Of a DNA stretch of 54,612 nt, positions 53,190 to 54,612 are shown in pieces; position 1 is the first letter of the stretch, and every line of letters begins with the position of its first letter. Made by a program: the position numbers and the translations under genes. This stretch comes from a virus (Duplodnaviria > Caudoviricetes). The stretch lies in IMG/VR virus record IMGVR_UViG_3300032233_002766, positions 1 through 54,612 of that record. One strand, 5' to 3'. The notes beneath the pieces are model-generated. The model had not been told where the DNA came from. It worked only from the letters and a program-made list of their open reading frames with translations, and made no database searches.

Positions 53190-54612
53190 GCTGCCCTGCG
53201 GTCATTCACGTTTACGCCAACCTGGGCCTACCCAAGGCCGTGGTGGTCACCACACCGGGACCGGTCGGCCCGATCGGCTCGCGCTGGCTGGGTGGCACCG
53301 CAGCGCCCGCAGCAAACCTCGGCGTGGTGGGCGATTGGTACCTTCGCTCGACTGGCGCCGTCTATGGCCCCAAGACCGAGGCCGGCTGGGGCTCGGTGGT
53401 GTTCACCCTTCAGGTGCCGCTGAGCACTGCATCAGCGCAGCCCCTGGCCGCCCAGGCCGCAGCAGGCTCCACGGGCCTGGCTGCTGACGCTGGCCACCAG
53501 CACCCATTCCCCACGGCTTCCCAGGTGGGCGCCGATCCACAGGGCACCGCATCGTCTGCCGTGACGGGGCACCTCCAGGCCGTCGATCCCCACCCTCAGT
53601 ACCTGACAGCCGCCGAGGGCGATGCGGCCTACGCCACGGCCGCTCAGGGTGCTCTGGCCGCCTCGGCGGTGCAATCGACTGACTCCCGCCTTTCCGACTC
53701 CCGCGAGTGGTCGGCGGCGACCGTTGATCAGGTTGAGGCCGAGGCTGGCACCGCAACGACCCGCCGGGCTTGGACCGCGCAGCGAGTGCATCAGGCTGCG
53801 GCAGCGTGGTGGGCGGCGACCGGCTCGGTGTTTGGCCGCAACTGGTTTGCGCTGACTGATGCGGCTGCCGGGCGAGCAGCGCTGGGAATTGCAAACGCCT
53901 CCTCCTCAGTCCCCGGCCTTGTGTCGCTGCCGGGATCATCGAGTCCCACAATATCCGCAGCCGGAAACACCAACATTTCTCTGGGCGCGGTGCAGCCAGA
54001 CACGGTTGCCGCGCTGACCGTAAACGCAGGCTCCGGCCCGTACACGGCGACAGTCACGCTGACGAATACAAACGCTTACACAGGAGCGTTTCTTACCCTT
54101 ATCCTTGATCTCCCAGCATCCCGCAACCCCAGAATTGAGATACGCAACCTAATTTCATCGGGCACCGTGCTCGATGAGCAGGTCTGCAATGGAACTGCGT
54201 TCAAATCGGTAGTGCGCTGCGTGTTCAACGCAGCCGGGAACTGGGAAGTCGTAACTCGGACACCGGAAGTTCAAGTTTTCGATTTCACCCGAACTACCGC
54301 CCCTGCGGGAGCAACGGGTGGATCTGGTGCCTGGGCGTTCTCCCTGCCGAGACAGGCGAGATACGTGGAACTGGTTGCCGTGGCCGGTGGAGGAGGGGGC
54401 GGCAGCGGAAGACGCGGAGCAGCGGGAACGAACCGATCCGGCGGCGCGGGAGGTGGCCCTGGCGGCACGACAATTATCACCAGGCCAGTTGCGGGTGGCG
54501 AACTGTTGTCTATTGCTGTTGGGGCCGGCGGCCTAGGCGGTGCAGGTCAAACGACAAATGACACAAACGGGAATGCGGGGAGCACGGGCGGGAACAGTAG
54601 CTGCTCATCTTC
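53186..54612 (+). CDS. Tail fibre protein, N-terminal part (runs off the window; about 646 aa when circularised)
   Basis: MSCPAVIHVY...GVVGDWYL..TGAVYGPK...DPHPQY...DSRLSDSREW; in frame with 1-813. Confidence 0.8.
   Translation, partial: MSCPAVIHVYANLGLPKAVVVTTPGPVGPIGSRWLGGTAAPAANLGVVGDWYLRSTGAVYGPKTEAGWGSVVFTLQVPLSTASAQPLAAQAAAGSTGLAADAGHQHPFPTASQVGADPQGTASSAVTGHLQAVDPHPQYLTAAEGDAAYATAAQGALAASAVQSTDSRLSDSREWSAATVDQVEAEAGTATTRRAWTAQRVHQAAAAWWAATGSVFGRNWFALTDAAAGRAALGIANASSSVPGLVSLPGSSSPTISAAGNTNISLGAVQPDTVAALTVNAGSGPYTATVTLTNTNAYTGAFLTLILDLPASRNPRIEIRNLISSGTVLDEQVCNGTAFKSVVRCVFNAAGNWEVVTRTPEVQVFDFTRTTAPAGATGGSGAWAFSLPRQARYVELVAVAGGGGGGSGRRGAAGTNRSGGAGGGPGGTTIITRPVAGGELLSIAVGAGGLGGAGQTTNDTNGNAGSTGGNSSCSS
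54314..54612. repeat. Terminal direct repeat/circular overlap with 1-299
   Basis: See 1-299. Confidence 0.95.

Noticed and set aside
1-54612. tRNA, rRNA, IS elements, introns/inteins, head maturation protease
   Set aside because: None recognised by eye; absence not verified computationally

Overview
The window is an apparently complete, circularly permuted, GC-rich temperate siphovirus genome of about 54.3 kb. Bases 1-299 re-read 54314-54612, and a tail-fibre ORF runs through the join. The host is most likely a picocyanobacterium (Cyanobium/Synechococcus-like). That is inferred from a cyanobacterial-type AbrB regulator, an NblA-like protein and RpoD- and SigF/SigB-like sigma factors. Modules: large serine integrase with a candidate intact attP; a leftward early region (RecE/RecT, sigma, XRE-like regulator, AbrB, RusA, replication initiator with an internal iteron origin); a rightward middle region (adenine MTase, SNase nuclease, dCTP deaminase); and late genes in scrambled order (terminase, portal, tail, then scaffold and capsid last), with an inverted lysin/NblA block between the tail tube and tape measure genes. 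The most notable unannotated signals are five. (1) A predicted ~65-nt small RNA at 11283-11347 (-) has a hairpin loop complementary to the 10-mer CAACCAGCGA, which sits 4-11 nt before the start codon of six phage genes; this is a candidate multi-target antisense regulon. (2) There are 12 exact copies of CGGGAAAACTG before late genes. (3) Four very basic proteins share an RDxxG[RK]F motif, each with its own late-promoter motif, and one carries a J-domain. (4) GCGCGATGCC hairpins repeat in the scaffold and capsid leaders. (5) A lambda-type GGGAAAG -1 frameshift lies in the tail chaperone. All calls were made by eye; no database searches were run.
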